Part shown: piece by piece, positions 61,497 to 64,000 of the stretch | Layout: each line of letters starts with the position of its first letter | Position numbering within the stretch: position 1 is the stretch's first letter | Assembly (NCBI GenBank): GCA_964016885.1 | Contig: OZ024740.1 | Span: forward strand, 123,504,001 to 123,568,000 | Length of the DNA: 64,000 nt | Direction of reading: 5' to 3' | From: Eledone cirrhosa | Lineage: Eukaryota | The notes under the pieces: model-generated | Databases searched by the model: none | What the model was told of the DNA's origin: nothing | The model's input: the letters and a program-made list of their open reading frames with translations, nothing else | Translations under genes and position numbers: made by a program

Positions 61497-63799
61497 CACC
61501 TCCTTAATTCTCCAGTTGGGCTATCTTGTGTAACTGTCTCTTATTGTGTGTAACTGTTTCCTATTGTTTGTCTTCTATGTATATGAGTCAGTGAGTGTAT
61601 ACGTATGCCTGCGGGAGAATATTGGTCTGGATATTGGGGTGTACAGGTGAGTGGGTGTGTATGTTAATAAGCACCCCTGTTTGGCACTAAGCACCCCTGT
61701 TTGGCACAGCGGATGTAACCCATCCACGCTCGCCTACCCACCATTGGTGCATTGGTGGGTCTATCCCGACGTGCATCTTGCGGATCTGTACCTCTGTATG
61801 CGCATGAGTTATGATGTAATGTATCTATGTAGAGCGTGTACTGTGATATAGGCTGCACAAATAGAAATCTAGCCTATAACTGTGGGCGGACCTGTGCCAT
61901 CTCGCCGTAAGCAGTAGATACGTGGCACATGTACGTGTTGCCCTCCTATTCTGTGGTTTAAGATCTACAGGCTGACTTCTGGGAGCTCTTGCCCGGTGTT
62001 GTAGTTTTTCTAGCACGATCGGCCTTCCATATATTGACGGTCGTTGTTATTATCCCAAAAGTAACGTTTTGGCCCCGATTGCCCTCCGTAGTTACTAACG
62101 GTCTGTGTACACTTGAGTCGGGCAATGGCACGTGCGGACACGATTACCTTCGTAGGAATTCAATTTGATTTATTTTACTGCATCTCCTCGTATGTATTTA
62201 TTTTGAATGTATTATCCGTGGTGGTGGGTCTTGCCTAATGTGGTATTTCTGTGTTTAATATCAGCTTTGACCCGGGTGTCCTACGCTGTGTGTGTGTGCG
62301 TGTGTGTCTGTGTATACATTTATATGTGTATGGGTGTAGGTGGTTGTATATGTCTGTATATAAAAATATATATATATGTATACCGTCTCTGCATATGCAT
62401 GTGGTGTGTATATGTGCATATACGTGCAGAACATATTGGTGTGTATAATCTTGAGATGTCCCAATGCGGTGACTTCATGATATTGGCTCTTGAAGCTATT
62501 TTTTATATATCTTTTGTATGCGCTGTTGAGTATGCATATTAACCCGCCTGACCCAACTGTATTTGCTTGCTTTCGGCTAGCCCGCCTGCACCTGCTTGCT
62601 TCCGGCCCACTTGTCTGCCTCTTGCTGCTGCACGTGAATTCTCCTACCTTCCTTCGATGTACCTCTGTTGACCATTGGACTCCTGCCCGGGTGTGAACCG
62701 GTTTGTGATTACCCCACCGCTCAACTGTGTGAATGCACACCCGTGACTTTCGAGTGAACTTTTGAGACTGCCCAACCTGGGACGTCTCCATTGCATTGCA
62801 ATGGTCAAGTGATACTGATAACTGTGACACTTAGGGCCTTCGAGGGCCCCTGATATATTCAAGAAATATATTCTAAAAAAATATATATCTTATCTCAATT
62901 TACTTTATTTTATTTTATTTTATTTCATTTCATTTTATTTAATTTTATTTATTTTATTTTATTTAATTATATCTTATATTATATTATTTTATTTTAGTTT
63001 ATTTTATTTTATTTTATTTTATTTTATTTTATCTTATTTTATTATTATATTATATTATATTTTATTTTATATAATTTTAATTTTAATTTTATTTTATTTT
63101 ATTTTATTTTATTTTATTTCATTCCTTACCCTGTATCACTATTATCTGTATATTTTATATGTATGTTTTTTATATTTTATTATTATGTCTATTTTTTACC
63201 TATTTTATATTTTATTATTATGTCTATTTTTTACCTATTTTTCACCTATTTTTTATCTATTCTTACCTACTCGTATCTATCTTATCTATTCTTGTCTATT
63301 CTCTTATCCATGTGTATGCTTGTATGTAACTATATGTTGACAGCACCCCGCCCAACTGTGACTGATAGCACCCCTTATTTTTCAATTATTTTTCAATGTT
63401 TATTTTTCAATGTTTATTTTTATTTTTATTTTTATTTTTACTTCCTCAATATTTTTTATCCTTTATTATTTTTTATTCTTTATTTCTTCGATGTCTTGGA
63501 TTTGTTATTGCTTGTGTGATATGTAATCAACCTTTATGCTCTGATGAGTCCCACTTATAGTGCGGATGAAACAATGTTAGCAAGTAAAGATATGCATATG
63601 CTATAGGCGTTCTTTGTTGTTGATTATATCACGGCTCTGTCCTCAGACATCGAGCTAACCTTATACTGCCTGTTGGATAAGTGGAGTGTTATACACCCCT
63701 GATCCTCTCCCTAATATACTATCTATATATATATATAAATATATATATATTTATATATATCTATATATTTATATATATATATATAAATGTATATATATA

Positions 63800-63849
<50 letters not shown>

Positions 63850-64000
63850 TCTATATATAGTTATATGTTTATATATATATATATATGTTTATATATATAT
63901 TTATACGTTTATATATATATATATATGTTTATATATATTTATATATGTTTATATATGTTAATATATGTTTATATATATATATATGTATAAATAATAATTA

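Larger units (their letters stand above)
58024..63721 (+). mobile_element. Near full-length Hydra-like PLE: inverted pLTR piece (58024-58177), direct pLTR (58178-59010), ORF, 3' UTR, pLTR (~62856-63721)
   Basis: The two direct pLTRs are near-identical (HHR cores at 58830 and 63541). The 3' pLTR ends in the first ~36 nt of the ORF ([12 protein letters not shown]). (TA)n flanks. Confidence 0.93.

Overview
Eukaryotic, gene-free window, probably from an octopus/cephalopod (inferred from SINE and LINE-tail sequences). About half of it is (TA)n-based microsatellite, and the hundreds of Tyr/Ile-rich ORFs in the ORF track are artefacts of that. Nearly every non-microsatellite island is a mobile element inserted in (TA)n. 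These comprise a decayed full-length Helitron (3557-9611) and two non-autonomous Helitrons, a 5'-truncated CR1-group LINE, RTE-related fragments, and six Penelope-like element (PLE) insertions that retain RT and/or GIY-YIG coding sequence (one near full length with pseudo-LTRs, one forming a ~10 kb palindrome). There are also several non-coding 300-630 bp tandem/inverted units. The main hidden signal is about 25 type I hammerhead ribozyme (HHR) motifs from roughly 11 sequence families, folded by eye. They lie in PLE pseudo-LTRs and in non-coding retrozyme-like arrays. Some have variant cores (CUGAGAA, CAGAAGA) or 56-116 nt extended stem II arms, and one family group conserves an ATGCAAAT octamer upstream of the ribozyme. 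Most HHR-bearing insertions are head-to-head, with both 3' ends pointing outward into TA repeats. HHRs in PLEs and metazoan retrozymes are established; the individual families, variant cores and density here may be undescribed.
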